Of a stretch of 30,144 nucleotides of DNA, positions 1 through 9,055 are shown one piece after another. Numbering within the stretch: position 1 is the first letter of the stretch; each line of letters starts with the position of its first letter. A model generated the notes under the pieces. That model saw nothing but the letters and a program-made list of their open reading frames with translations. It was not told where the DNA came from and did not search any database. Origin of the DNA: a virus (lineage: Duplodnaviria; Caudoviricetes); the IMG/VR virus record IMGVR_UViG_3300043414_000571, positions 1-30,144 of that record. One strand, 5' to 3'. The position numbers and the translations under genes are program-made.

Positions 1-1
1 A

Positions 2-946
2 AAGTGGCAGGCCGACACGGTCGATTACGTCTGGTTCGATGAGGAACCACCGCTATCGATTTATTCCGAGGGTTTGACACGTACCAACGCCACAGGCGGT
101 TTGGTTTTCGTCACCTTCACACCGCTGCTCGGCATGTCCGAAGTGGTGAAGCGTTTCTTGCTGGACAAGCCACAGAATTCGACCGTCACGACGATGACGA
201 TCAACGATGCAGAGCATTACACGCAAGAGCAGCGCGATTCGATTATTGCCAGCTACCCAGAACATGAGCGCGAAGCCCGGGCAAAGGGCATTCCGATTCT
301 CGGGTCCGGCCGAGTATTTCCGATTGCCGAAGAGGCGATCAAGGTCACCGCGTTTGCGATACCGCCGCACTGGCCGCGGATCATTGGTCTGGACTTTGGT
401 ATCGACCACCCGACCGCTGTGGTTTGGATGGCATGGGACCGAGACGGCGATACGCTGTACGTGACCGATTGCTACCGAGTCAAAGATCAATCAATCGTGA
501 TCCACGCCGCCGGCATCAAGGCACGTGGCGACTGGGTGCCAGTTGCTTGGCCGCATGACGGTTTGCAACGGGATAAGGGCAGTGGCGAACAGCTTGCGAC
601 GCAATACAAGGCACAAGGGCTGGCCATGCTGAAGGACCGCGCCACGTTTGAGGACGGCAGCAATGGCGTTGAAGCCGGTGTGGCCGAGATGCTGTCACGC
701 ATGCAGACTCACCGCCTGCGGGTATTCGCCCATCTGGAAGAGTGGTTCGAGGAATTCCGCCTGTACCACCGCAAGGACGGCCTGATCGTCAAGATGACCG
801 ATGACTTGCTATCCGCAACGCGCTACGCAATGATGATGCGGCGTCATGCCAAGACTCAGTCTGAGGCTGATGCACGGAACAAAATGACCCGAGGCAACGC
901 CCCAGTTATCAGCTTCGGCGTATTTGACAATGAGATGGGGTATTGA
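2..946 (+). CDS. terL: Terminase large subunit, C-terminal part (5' end outside window)
   Basis: Frame is open from base 2: KWQADTVDYVWFDEEPP (Walker B-like), then VTFTP (coupling motif) and RNase H-like nuclease motifs IIGLDFGIDHP, AWPHDG, DDLLSATRY. Lies just upstream of the portal. Confidence 0.93.
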   Translation, partial: KWQADTVDYVWFDEEPPLSIYSEGLTRTNATGGLVFVTFTPLLGMSEVVKRFLLDKPQNSTVTTMTINDAEHYTQEQRDSIIASYPEHEREARAKGIPILGSGRVFPIAEEAIKVTAFAIPPHWPRIIGLDFGIDHPTAVVWMAWDRDGDTLYVTDCYRVKDQSIVIHAAGIKARGDWVPVAWPHDGLQRDKGSGEQLATQYKAQGLAMLKDRATFEDGSNGVEAGVAEMLSRMQTHRLRVFAHLEEWFEEFRLYHRKDGLIVKMTDDLLSATRYAMMMRRHAKTQSEADARNKMTRGNAPVISFGVFDNEMGY

Positions 947-947
947 G

Positions 948-1328
948 ATGACCGCGATAAATCCGTACAGCTTAAATCCAAACCAGATGCGCAATCAAAT
1001 GATGGACAGCGCAACGTCTACACAAAACTTAATGCCTCTCAGCAATAACCCCGATCCTGTAAAAACCACTGGGTCCTATTCACTTTTGCAGAATCAGCAG
1101 TCGCTTCAAAACCAACAAGCGGTAGGCGCTGTATCCGGCCAGCCAACAACCGAAGCCGGCGGCAACGCTGGCGGTATAATCGCCAACCAAATGCGCTCAC
1201 GTTCAGCTTCAGTAGCGCCTTCCAACACGGCCGCTCAAAATCAAGAGCAATCAGGTTTGAAGATGAAAACAGGGATTTCGTCCAATCAAGCATCAATGAA
1301 CGCTTCGCCTAAGATGACGGTTTACTAA
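948..1328 (+). CDS. Hypothetical protein, Q/N/S-rich, probably disordered
   Basis: ATG at 948 sits 1 nt after the terminase stop, with GGGG upstream; the ORF fills the terL-portal gap. Confidence 0.6.
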   Translation: MTAINPYSLNPNQMRNQMMDSATSTQNLMPLSNNPDPVKTTGSYSLLQNQQSLQNQQAVGAVSGQPTTEAGGNAGGIIANQMRSRSASVAPSNTAAQNQEQSGLKMKTGISSNQASMNASPKMTVY

Positions 1329-1337
1329 GGACTCACG

Positions 1338-3821
1338 ATGGAATTAGAACCACAGCAGATTGACGTAGAAATCGAATACGAAGACCCCGAAATTGCGCAT
1401 GAGCGCAAAGAAGAAAAGCTGCAAGCTTTTGGCCGCAGCTTGGCCAAGCAGCGAGATGAATGGGTTCGCGATCGGTATAGCTACGGCGTAGATAAACGCT
1501 GGCTGGAAGACGATGACCAGTACAACGGCAAGGACAACATCAACAAGGCTGCAAGCCAGATGATGACTTCCGTCGAGCAGGGTTACCCTGTCACGACACA
1601 AGGCGCAAAGCCGCATCGCTCAACCGTTTTCATTGGCATGACACGTCAGAAGACCAACGCCGCAGAGGCGCGAGTCGCTGACATTCTGTTGCCGACCGAC
1701 GATAGGAACTGGGGCATTACCCCAACCCCTAACCCTTACATGATGAACATGTTGAAGGATGAGAGGGCCGCAACAAACAACGGACCGATGGGCCAGCAAA
1801 TGGGCCAGCAGCAAGGCTTGCCGATGGAGCAGCCCGGCATGCCACCGCCACAGCCTTCTATGGCACCGCCACAGCCGTCAATGACACCGCCCGGTATTCC
1901 GGCACCACCGCAGCCCGGCGCAGCGCCAGAGGCCCCTATGCCCGGGATGCCGCCACAAGGCATGGCACCCACAGAACCGGGTATGCCGCCTGCTGGACTT
2001 GCAGGAGGTCTTGCGGCGATGGCTATGGGTCCACAAGGCCCGCAACCAATTACCGATCAAGCCGGCCAACCGCTGCGCATGAAAGACATTGCACGCGAAG
2101 TTATGACCTTGGCTAAGAAAAAAGCCGAAGCAATGCAGCGCGAGATCGAGGACCAGCTAACCGAATGTGACTACAACAGCGAACTGCGCAAAGTAATCCA
2201 CGATGCAGCGGTGCTGGGCACAGGCGTTGTCCGCGGCCCGATCGTTACCAACCGCACACGCAAGGCATGGCAGCCATACACCGATGCGCAAGGGCAACAA
2301 ATTCACCAGATCGACATCGTTGAGGAGCTGGCCCCTGCTTCGTTCCGCGTTGATCCGCGTAATGTGTGGCCTGACCCAGCATGCGGCGAGAACATTCACC
2401 GCGGCAAAGGCGTTTACGAACGTGAGCAGATCACCGCAAAGCGGATTCGTGAATTGGCTAAACAGCCGGGATTCATGAAATCGCAATTGCGCAAGGTGCT
2501 AGAAGAAGGACCGAAAGCTTCCCACACCATGGCAGAGATACGTGACGAAGACCAGCGTGATGTAGCCCGGGATTTGTTTGAGATGTGGACTTACTGGGGT
2601 GAGGTCGAGCATGATGACCTCGAAGCTGCAGGCGTTGAGCCGGGTGAGAAAGATGAATTGAAATCGGTCAGTGCATGCGTGATCATGATTAACAGCACTG
2701 TCGTTAAAGCATTCTTAAACCCACTGGAAAATGGCGATATTCCGTACGACTTCTATGTCTGGGAAAAAGTTAGTTCCAGCGTCTGGGGCTACGGCATTCC
2801 ATACCTGATGCGGTCACAGCAAAAAGTATTGAACGCTGCATGGCGTCAAATGATGGACAACGCAGGCGTATCTAGCGGCCCGCAAATCGTTATTAAGCCA
2901 AGCGTAATTCAGCCGGCTGACAAACAATGGCAATTAAGCAGCCGTAAAATTTGGTACGCAACCGATGACATCGACGATGTCAGTAAAGCTTTTGCTACGT
3001 TTGAATTCAACAGCCATCAAGCCGAACTATCCGGCATCATCAAGATGGCCACCGAATTAGCGGATCAAGATACCGGGGTTCCGACCATTCTGCAGGGCGA
3101 GAAAGGCGCGGCACCTGACACCGTCGGCGGTATGCAGATGCTGATGAACTCAGCCAACGTGGTGCTTCGCCGTTTGGTCAAGCAGTTTGATGACATGATC
3201 ACGCGTCCGCACATTCGTCGTTACTACGACTACAACATGATGTACAACGAAGATGAAGAGATCAAAGGCGATTTCTCCATCGACGCCCGCGGCTCATCGG
3301 CTTTGTTGATTCGCGATATCCAGAACCAAGCATTTTTAAACCTGCTTGCCGCTGGCGCGAATCCGATTTACGGCATGTACTTAGACACCGAGAAGCTATT
3401 CCGCAAAGCACTGCAGGCCCAGCACATTGATCCGGCCGAGGTATTTAAATCCGAAGAAGAGATCGAGCAAATAAAGGAACAGCAGAAGGCCGCGATGAAT
3501 CAACCGCCGCCACCTGACCCACGCATTGAAGCCGCAAACATCCGCGCTCAAACAGACATGGAGCGCGCAAAGCTGCAGAACGCTGGCGATATGGCTGAGA
3601 TTCAAGCGCGTCAAGCTAAGATGCAGCAAGAGGCCGAGATCAGAATGGCCGAGTTGCAGCTTGAGCGTGAGATCGAAATGCTGAAGCTATCGAACTCGCA
3701 GAACTTGTCGCTTGAAAAGATCAAGGCCCAGTTGGCTGATACCGCGATCAAAGAGCGTGGCCGCAAAGAATTGTTCGCTGCCGAACAAGATTTGAAGTTA
3801 CGTACTGGATCGGGGATTTAA
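1338..3821 (+). CDS. Portal protein (podovirus type) with Pro-rich insertion and C-terminal coiled coil
   Basis: SD AAGGA, 827 aa, located after terL. Portal-like motifs DAAVLGTGVVRGP, VDPRNVWPDP, WGYGIPYLMRSQQ, TGVPTILQGE; long Q/E/A-rich helical tail. Confidence 0.9.
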   Translation: MELEPQQIDVEIEYEDPEIAHERKEEKLQAFGRSLAKQRDEWVRDRYSYGVDKRWLEDDDQYNGKDNINKAASQMMTSVEQGYPVTTQGAKPHRSTVFIGMTRQKTNAAEARVADILLPTDDRNWGITPTPNPYMMNMLKDERAATNNGPMGQQMGQQQGLPMEQPGMPPPQPSMAPPQPSMTPPGIPAPPQPGAAPEAPMPGMPPQGMAPTEPGMPPAGLAGGLAAMAMGPQGPQPITDQAGQPLRMKDIAREVMTLAKKKAEAMQREIEDQLTECDYNSELRKVIHDAAVLGTGVVRGPIVTNRTRKAWQPYTDAQGQQIHQIDIVEELAPASFRVDPRNVWPDPACGENIHRGKGVYEREQITAKRIRELAKQPGFMKSQLRKVLEEGPKASHTMAEIRDEDQRDVARDLFEMWTYWGEVEHDDLEAAGVEPGEKDELKSVSACVIMINSTVVKAFLNPLENGDIPYDFYVWEKVSSSVWGYGIPYLMRSQQKVLNAAWRQMMDNAGVSSGPQIVIKPSVIQPADKQWQLSSRKIWYATDDIDDVSKAFATFEFNSHQAELSGIIKMATELADQDTGVPTILQGEKGAAPDTVGGMQMLMNSANVVLRRLVKQFDDMITRPHIRRYYDYNMMYNEDEEIKGDFSIDARGSSALLIRDIQNQAFLNLLAAGANPIYGMYLDTEKLFRKALQAQHIDPAEVFKSEEEIEQIKEQQKAAMNQPPPPDPRIEAANIRAQTDMERAKLQNAGDMAEIQARQAKMQQEAEIRMAELQLEREIEMLKLSNSQNLSLEKIKAQLADTAIKERGRKELFAAEQDLKLRTGSGI

Positions 3822-3824
3822 TCT

Positions 3825-4400
3825 ATGTCAACCGTAACGTTTAAAAGGGAAGCGCAAACTTACGATGACGCTTTAAAAGCGTATAACCGTCAATTAGACA
3901 GCTATAACAATAAAGTTAAAAACTATAACGGCGAGGCAGATGCTTACAATAAATCTTTTGTTGTTGATGCAAAAGGTAATAAATACGCATACAAGCCTGC
4001 CCAAAGCGGCATGAGGTACGACACGCAAAATCCGCGGCAAGAAATTGATTACACAAACGGCATTAAAGTTACAAACACAGTGTACGATTTAATACCCTAT
4101 TCCGACCCCGAAAAATTTTACGTAGTTGATAGATTTGGAAATCCGTCACCAATTAATGCTCCGCCTACGAAAAACTACGGTTTAACCGATGCAGGAAACG
4201 GGTATCAGGTATTACGTACCCCAGTAGCACAAGGGCAATCGTATGCAAGCAGTCCTAAAGAACCGGGAACGTTTACGCAAAAATTTAACATGCAAGCACC
4301 CGATTTAACTATCGGTCAAAAAGCAAGACTAAACGAACCTAACCTAAGCGATTTGGAACGGACCGACAGCGGTTTAATTAAAAGCGCATTTAATTACTAA
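3825..4400 (+). CDS. Hypothetical protein (AT-rich, Y/N-rich)
   Basis: 191-aa ORF tightly packed between neighbouring genes; visibly more AT-rich than the portal gene. Confidence 0.7.
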   Translation: MSTVTFKREAQTYDDALKAYNRQLDSYNNKVKNYNGEADAYNKSFVVDAKGNKYAYKPAQSGMRYDTQNPRQEIDYTNGIKVTNTVYDLIPYSDPEKFYVVDRFGNPSPINAPPTKNYGLTDAGNGYQVLRTPVAQGQSYASSPKEPGTFTQKFNMQAPDLTIGQKARLNEPNLSDLERTDSGLIKSAFNY

Positions 4401-4411
4401 AGGAAATAAAC

Positions 4412-4777
4412 ATGGCAACTATTACACCTACAACCGATCGCGACACCGCAGCAGGCGCTACCCTTGTTACTTGGACTCCGATGGCAACAGGCGACTCCGG
4501 TGCAGCTTTTGGTTTGAACGCGGCAGCCGACATCACTCTTCAAGTAACCGGCACCTTCGGTGGGTCGACCGTCACGTTTCAAGGATCAAACGACGGCACG
4601 AACTGGCATTCGCTGACGCAACGCGGTAGTACAACCGCCATGGCGTACACCGCTGCAGCAAATCATATTTGCCAAGAGATGCCTGCATTTATTCGCCCAA
4701 CAATTACCGGCGGCACGGGTTCAGCTTTTAAAGTTACCGCTGCAATCTTCTATCGATACGCAAGATCGCCGCTTTAA
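4412..4777 (+). CDS. Hypothetical protein, probable small beta-sandwich virion protein
   Basis: SD AAGGA. T/G/A-rich beta-type sequence (LQVTGTFGGSTVTFQGSNDGTNW) of the kind seen in small phage structural proteins. Confidence 0.7.
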   Translation: MATITPTTDRDTAAGATLVTWTPMATGDSGAAFGLNAAADITLQVTGTFGGSTVTFQGSNDGTNWHSLTQRGSTTAMAYTAAANHICQEMPAFIRPTITGGTGSAFKVTAAIFYRYARSPL

Positions 4778-4824
4778 TACGGCAAGCCAATGCAAAATCA
4801 TGCAAGCCAATGCAAATAAAAATG

Positions 4825-4854
4825 TTGCACAAATCCTACGATAAAAGGTAGAAT
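4825..4854 (+). promoter_or_regulatory. Sigma70-like promoter upstream of the scaffold/capsid block
   Basis: TTGCAC (4825-4830), 18-nt spacer, TAGAAT (4849-4854) in an AT-rich intergenic gap. The same GGTAGAATTT occurs at 17735-17744. Confidence 0.55.
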
Positions 4855-4887
4855 TTTTGGCAGGAGCCTTGCGCTCAAATTTTTTAT

Positions 4888-4913
4888 AAAGCCGGCTAAA
4901 TGCCGGCTTTTTT
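4888..4913 (+). terminator. Intrinsic terminator/attenuator just downstream of the promoter
   Basis: AAAGCCGGC-TAAAT-GCCGGCTTT followed by further Ts. Confidence 0.65.
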
Positions 4914-4919
4914 ACTACT

Positions 4920-5120
4920 ATGAATTTTAATTCGCCAGAGTGGCACGTAATGCGTAAGTGGGCTGAAGAGCAGCTACGCAAGTGCCGCGATAAAAACGAT
5001 GCTGTCAATCTCTCCGACACCGAGACAGCATTGTTGCGCGGTGAAATTCGATTTATAAAAAGATTTCTCGACTTGCCGAATGAGGTAACTCGGGGTGTGG
5101 TGGTTGAGCCGGAAGAATAA
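4920..5120 (+). CDS. Small hypothetical protein upstream of the scaffold (Bbp19-like position and size)
   Basis: 66 aa; the pattern SPEW...LLRGEIRFIKRFLDLP is typical of the small gene between portal and scaffold in many podoviruses. Confidence 0.7.
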   Translation: MNFNSPEWHVMRKWAEEQLRKCRDKNDAVNLSDTETALLRGEIRFIKRFLDLPNEVTRGVVVEPEE

Positions 5121-5177
5121 TCCCGCTCAATCGTTGTTTGAAGTTATCGCAAGATAGCTTTTTTATTGGAGAGCAAA

Positions 5178-6086
5178 GTGGAAGAAAACCAACTATCACA
5201 AGAAGAAGCACAACAGCTTTGGAACGAAGAGGCCTCAAAACTAAATGCTGACGATGAGTCCGCAAACCAGTCAATGGCCACGGCACCAGAAGATTTGCTG
5301 CTGGAAGATGAACCAATTGCTGAAGAAGCGATATCTAGTGAAGAACCGGAAGACCCACTAGCCGGGTTATCAGACGTTGTAAGAGCGAAGCTTGCTCAGA
5401 TCGACGAACTGGCAACGGCTAACGCTCAACTGCTGCACCATGTAAAAACTGCCGAAGGTCGCGTGGCCGCAATGCAGCGAGAGTTCCAGCAAGCCCGAGT
5501 GGCGCAACAGCAAGTTGCCCCGCAAGAAGCTCCGTCTCAGGGACAAATCGTTAGTGCAGCCAAAAACCCGGAAAAATGGGAGCAGCTTAAGGATGATTTT
5601 CCAGAGTGGGCTGGAGCGATGGAGGAGTATGTAGCTTCTCAGCTTGGGTCTGTACAACAGCAGGGCAATATGCTGACACCTGAACAGGTGGCAGGATATG
5701 TCCAGCAACAAGTTGAACAAACCAAATCGGAGATGCGACAGGCCATCGAAGAAGCGCGTGTTGATGGTAAGTACGAAAACTGGAAAGACGTTGTGAACAC
5801 TTTAGAGTTCACACAATGGTTTACCGTGCAATCCGCCGAAACACGTTCTTTAGCAAACAGTGACTCAGCGCGAGATGCAATTCGTATGTTGGACATGTTC
5901 CACGAAACGAAGAAGCGTTCAGCGTCGGATATCAAACAAGAGCGCGGACAGCGGCTTGCTGCTGCTGCGTCAACTCGACCCGGACAGACACCACCGCCCA
6001 AGTCATTGGACGATATGTCTTCAGAAGAGCTTTGGAACTATGAAGCCGCGAAGCGTGAAAAAACTAAAACGCAACGCGGGTTTTAA
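5178..6086 (+). CDS. Capsid scaffolding protein
   Basis: GGAG at 5168-5171 favours a GTG start at 5178. Acidic N-terminus, coiled coil, basic C-terminus; directly upstream of the MCP. Confidence 0.8.
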   Translation: MEENQLSQEEAQQLWNEEASKLNADDESANQSMATAPEDLLLEDEPIAEEAISSEEPEDPLAGLSDVVRAKLAQIDELATANAQLLHHVKTAEGRVAAMQREFQQARVAQQQVAPQEAPSQGQIVSAAKNPEKWEQLKDDFPEWAGAMEEYVASQLGSVQQQGNMLTPEQVAGYVQQQVEQTKSEMRQAIEEARVDGKYENWKDVVNTLEFTQWFTVQSAETRSLANSDSARDAIRMLDMFHETKKRSASDIKQERGQRLAAAASTRPGQTPPPKSLDDMSSEELWNYEAAKREKTKTQRGF

Positions 6087-6108
6087 CTTAACTTAAAAGG
6101 AAATAGCA

Positions 6109-7167
6109 ATGGCCATTCAAAACTACGGCACGGTTGCCTCGCGTAACCTAATCCGCGCAGCACAAGGTATGCTTGAGCATGCACAACCCATCACCGTTCT
6201 GGGCGACTTCGGTACCCAGCGCGAGATGCCTATGAACGCAACTGATACTTTGGTTTTCCGTCGTACACTGCCTTTCGGTGCATCAACCACTGGCACCACG
6301 ATTGAGAACTCGACACGTTATCAAGGCACTCCACAGATCACCGCTTCGAACTTCGTGCTGGCTGAAGGTGTTACACCTAACAGCAACACACTGTCGTTCC
6401 AAGACGTGTCTGTGACTTTGCAGCAATACGGCGTTCTGTTTAAGTACAGCAACAAAGTTGAGCAACTGTACGAAGATGACATCCCCGGCGAAATGGTCAA
6501 GCTGACTGGCGAGACATTGGCCGAGGTGATGGAATTGGTTCGTTACGGTACTTTGAAAGCTGGCTCGACTGTTATCTACGCAAACGGCTCCAGCCGCTCT
6601 GCTATTAACACAGCGATCAGCTTGAACGCAATTCGTAAAACTGCACGTACCTTGGAATCGAACCGTTGCCGCCGCGTTACTTCGCGTTTGGCTCCGGGCG
6701 TAAACTTTGCAACACGTGCTGTGCAGCCTGCGTTTGTCGTGTTCTGCCACACCGATGCAGTTGCCGATATCCGTAACCTACCCGGCTTTACCCGTGTCGA
6801 AGACTACGGTTCATTCAAGCCAATCCATGACCGTGAAATCGGCGCATGCGAAGACTTCCGTTTTATCTCTTCGCCTTTGCTAGTTTCTTTTCCTGCCGCC
6901 GGTTCGGGCACTTTGAACGGCATGTTGTCGGTCGGCGCTTCTAACGTTGACGTGTATCCGTTTATCGTCATCGGTGAAGATGCTTGGGGTCAAGTTGCAC
7001 TGAAAGGCATGCAAGCTATTAAGCCTGTAGTCCTGAAAGCATCGCAGACTAACCACGCTAACCCACTGGGCCAGTTTGGCTACGTTGGTGCCTCGACATG
7101 GTTTGCTACCGTGCGTCTGAACGACGCATGGATGGGCCGTATCGAAGCTGGCGTAACCGCTCTGTAA
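6109..7167 (+). CDS. Major capsid protein, N4-gp56 family (HK97 fold)
   Basis: SD AAAGGA, 352 aa. Motifs LAEGVTP, VTLQQYG, EIGACEDFRF, NPLGQFGYVG, RLNDAWMGRIE. Confidence 0.92.
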   Translation: MAIQNYGTVASRNLIRAAQGMLEHAQPITVLGDFGTQREMPMNATDTLVFRRTLPFGASTTGTTIENSTRYQGTPQITASNFVLAEGVTPNSNTLSFQDVSVTLQQYGVLFKYSNKVEQLYEDDIPGEMVKLTGETLAEVMELVRYGTLKAGSTVIYANGSSRSAINTAISLNAIRKTARTLESNRCRRVTSRLAPGVNFATRAVQPAFVVFCHTDAVADIRNLPGFTRVEDYGSFKPIHDREIGACEDFRFISSPLLVSFPAAGSGTLNGMLSVGASNVDVYPFIVIGEDAWGQVALKGMQAIKPVVLKASQTNHANPLGQFGYVGASTWFATVRLNDAWMGRIEAGVTAL

Positions 7168-7173
7168 TGACTA

Positions 7174-7197
7174 GCCGGGGCTTCGGTCCCGGCGTTT
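7174..7197 (+). terminator. Hairpin after the MCP (weak terminator or mRNA stabiliser)
   Basis: GCCGGGGC-TTCG-GTCCCGGC with a cUUCGg loop but only a short GTTT tail. Confidence 0.55.
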
Positions 7198-7212
7198 AAA
7201 AAGGAAACCATC

Positions 7213-7398
7213 ATGCCAGCAGAATCAGTACAACAACGAATGATCGGTATTACCGATGGCCTGACCAAAAAAGAATTACAGCTTTTGGTTGCGGCTTTGG
7301 TGAACGGTCTTGAAGTTATCATGGCTAAACTCGATGCAGATACTGGTGTCGCTGACACTAACTATGCAGCGGTGTTTGCAACATATATCGTAGATTAA
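7213..7398 (+). CDS. Small hypothetical protein, probably capsid-associated
   Basis: SD AAGGA, 61 aa, immediately after the MCP. Confidence 0.75.
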   Translation: MPAESVQQRMIGITDGLTKKELQLLVAALVNGLEVIMAKLDADTGVADTNYAAVFATYIVD

Positions 7399-7409
7399 GG
7401 AGAAACACA

Positions 7410-7838
7410 ATGTCATATAATATTGAACAAGTAAACAGCGGCTACGTGTCGCTGACATCGGCCGGTCTGGCTATCGGTACAAACACAGGCACATTTAAAA
7501 CTGCCAACACTTTGACCTTCACCAACAACGGTGTATTCAAATCTAAAGCAGCTACCGACAACTTGGCATTCAGCACAAGCACCGCTTTGGCTGCAGGTCA
7601 ATCTTGTTTGTTTGCACTTTGGATTGATGCCAGCGGCGCGGTAACGACCACACAAGGTCCTATCGTTGCTTCTCCTGATCCATGCCCAGTGCCTACCCAG
7701 ATCACACCTAACGTTACTTTGGTTGGCTTGATCAAGGTCGTTGCTACCGCAACCTTTACACCTAACACAACTGCATTGGGTACTGGCAACACAGCCACGT
7801 ACATCAACTGCATGTTGATGCCCGGTACTGCTCAGTAA
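7410..7838 (+). CDS. Probable head decoration/cement protein
   Basis: SD AAGGAG; T/A/G-rich beta protein in the capsid block, ending before a strong terminator. Confidence 0.65.
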   Translation: MSYNIEQVNSGYVSLTSAGLAIGTNTGTFKTANTLTFTNNGVFKSKAATDNLAFSTSTALAAGQSCLFALWIDASGAVTTTQGPIVASPDPCPVPTQITPNVTLVGLIKVVATATFTPNTTALGTGNTATYINCMLMPGTAQ

Positions 7839-7872
7839 TTTTTGCCGTCTCTCCTCTCTCCGAGGGACTTTT

Positions 7873-7902
7873 GGAAGGCCACTTCGGTGGTCTTCCTTTT
7901 TT
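7873..7902 (+). terminator. Rho-independent terminator closing the capsid block
   Basis: GGAAGGCCAC-TTCG-GTGGTCTTCC followed by T6. Confidence 0.85.
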
Positions 7903-7937
7903 GACGGCCTGTTTTTTTAACGCATGGAGAATGGCAA

Positions 7938-8357
7938 ATGAGTAAAAATAAAATGACAGGGATCGAGATTAGCGACGATACCCCGGTAATTGAAACAGTA
8001 GCAGCTACTAAAGATTTTCGTGAGTTGGCAGCAGAAGAGTCTTTTATGAATGAGGTCGTTACTGTACTTGTTCATGCTACGACTGATGAAAACCAATCGC
8101 CTCACGTTATCGTGAATTGCAATGGCACCAACCAGCCTATCATTCGCGGTACACCTACTGACGTAAAAAGAAAGTACGTAGAAATTCTGGCGCGTATGAA
8201 AGAGACACGTTACAGCCAGCACGTACACAATCCGTCAGCGCCAGATCAAATTGAATTACGCGCACGCCACGGCTTGTCGTATCCGTTTGATTTAATTGAA
8301 GACAAAAATCCACGCGGTCGTGCATGGCTAAACCACGTGATGGCTGAAGCTGCATGA
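7938..8357 (+). CDS. Hypothetical phage protein
   Basis: SD GGAG, 139 aa; overlaps the next gene by ATGA. Confidence 0.8.
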   Translation: MSKNKMTGIEISDDTPVIETVAATKDFRELAAEESFMNEVVTVLVHATTDENQSPHVIVNCNGTNQPIIRGTPTDVKRKYVEILARMKETRYSQHVHNPSAPDQIELRARHGLSYPFDLIEDKNPRGRAWLNHVMAEAA

Positions 8358-9043
8358 ATTTCCTACAGCTAGTCAACCAACTGCGAGTTGAGTGCGGCGT
8401 TTCTGGGCCGGCGTTAGCCACTGTTAGTGGACAAACTGTCGGCAGTGAAAACGCACGCATGGTTACGTGGATTCAATCTGCTTGGAATGATATCCAAACA
8501 AGCGAGGAAGACTGGCTGTTTTTGCGTCAAGATTTTCAATTCAATACAGTCACACAGCAGCAAATATATACGCCGGTGCAAGCCGGATTAACTGTTGCAA
8601 CATTTGGAAACTGGAAGCGTGATAGCTTCCGGTGTTCAAGTGTTGGCCAAAGCTACAGAGATGAACAGTTAATGAATTACATGGACTGGACAACGTTCCG
8701 TAATTTGTACATTTATTCCAACATGCGCACTACTTATTCGCGCCCTGTTGTTGTTACTATCGACCCGCATAAAAATCTTGGTTTCGGCCCGATACCTGAT
8801 ATCCCCTACGTCATCGTTGGCGAATATTATACTCAGCCTATCGACCTTGTTGTTGACGCTGACGTGCCTGCTATCCCAAGCCGTTTCCACATGATGATCG
8901 TTTATCGAGCGATGATGTATTACGCTGGCTACGAAGCCGCGCCTGAAGTTATGTCGCGGGGAGAATACGAATATAAACGCCTTTCTTCACGACTTTACAT
9001 CGATCAGCTTACGACAGTAATTAGCGGACCACCTTTAGCGTAA
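8354..9043 (+). CDS. Head-tail adaptor / tail tubular protein A-like
   Basis: MNFLQLVNQLRVECG N-terminus and DVPAIPSRFHMMIVYRA near the C-terminus resemble podovirus adaptor proteins; lies before the nozzle gene. Confidence 0.7.
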   Translation: MNFLQLVNQLRVECGVSGPALATVSGQTVGSENARMVTWIQSAWNDIQTSEEDWLFLRQDFQFNTVTQQQIYTPVQAGLTVATFGNWKRDSFRCSSVGQSYRDEQLMNYMDWTTFRNLYIYSNMRTTYSRPVVVTIDPHKNLGFGPIPDIPYVIVGEYYTQPIDLVVDADVPAIPSRFHMMIVYRAMMYYAGYEAAPEVMSRGEYEYKRLSSRLYIDQLTTVISGPPLA

Positions 9044-9055
9044 GGAAAAGCATTC

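Noticed and set aside
7150-7215. Programmed frameshift or readthrough extending the major capsid protein
   Set aside because: Tandem stops TAATGA, no slippery sequence, and the next gene has its own SD.
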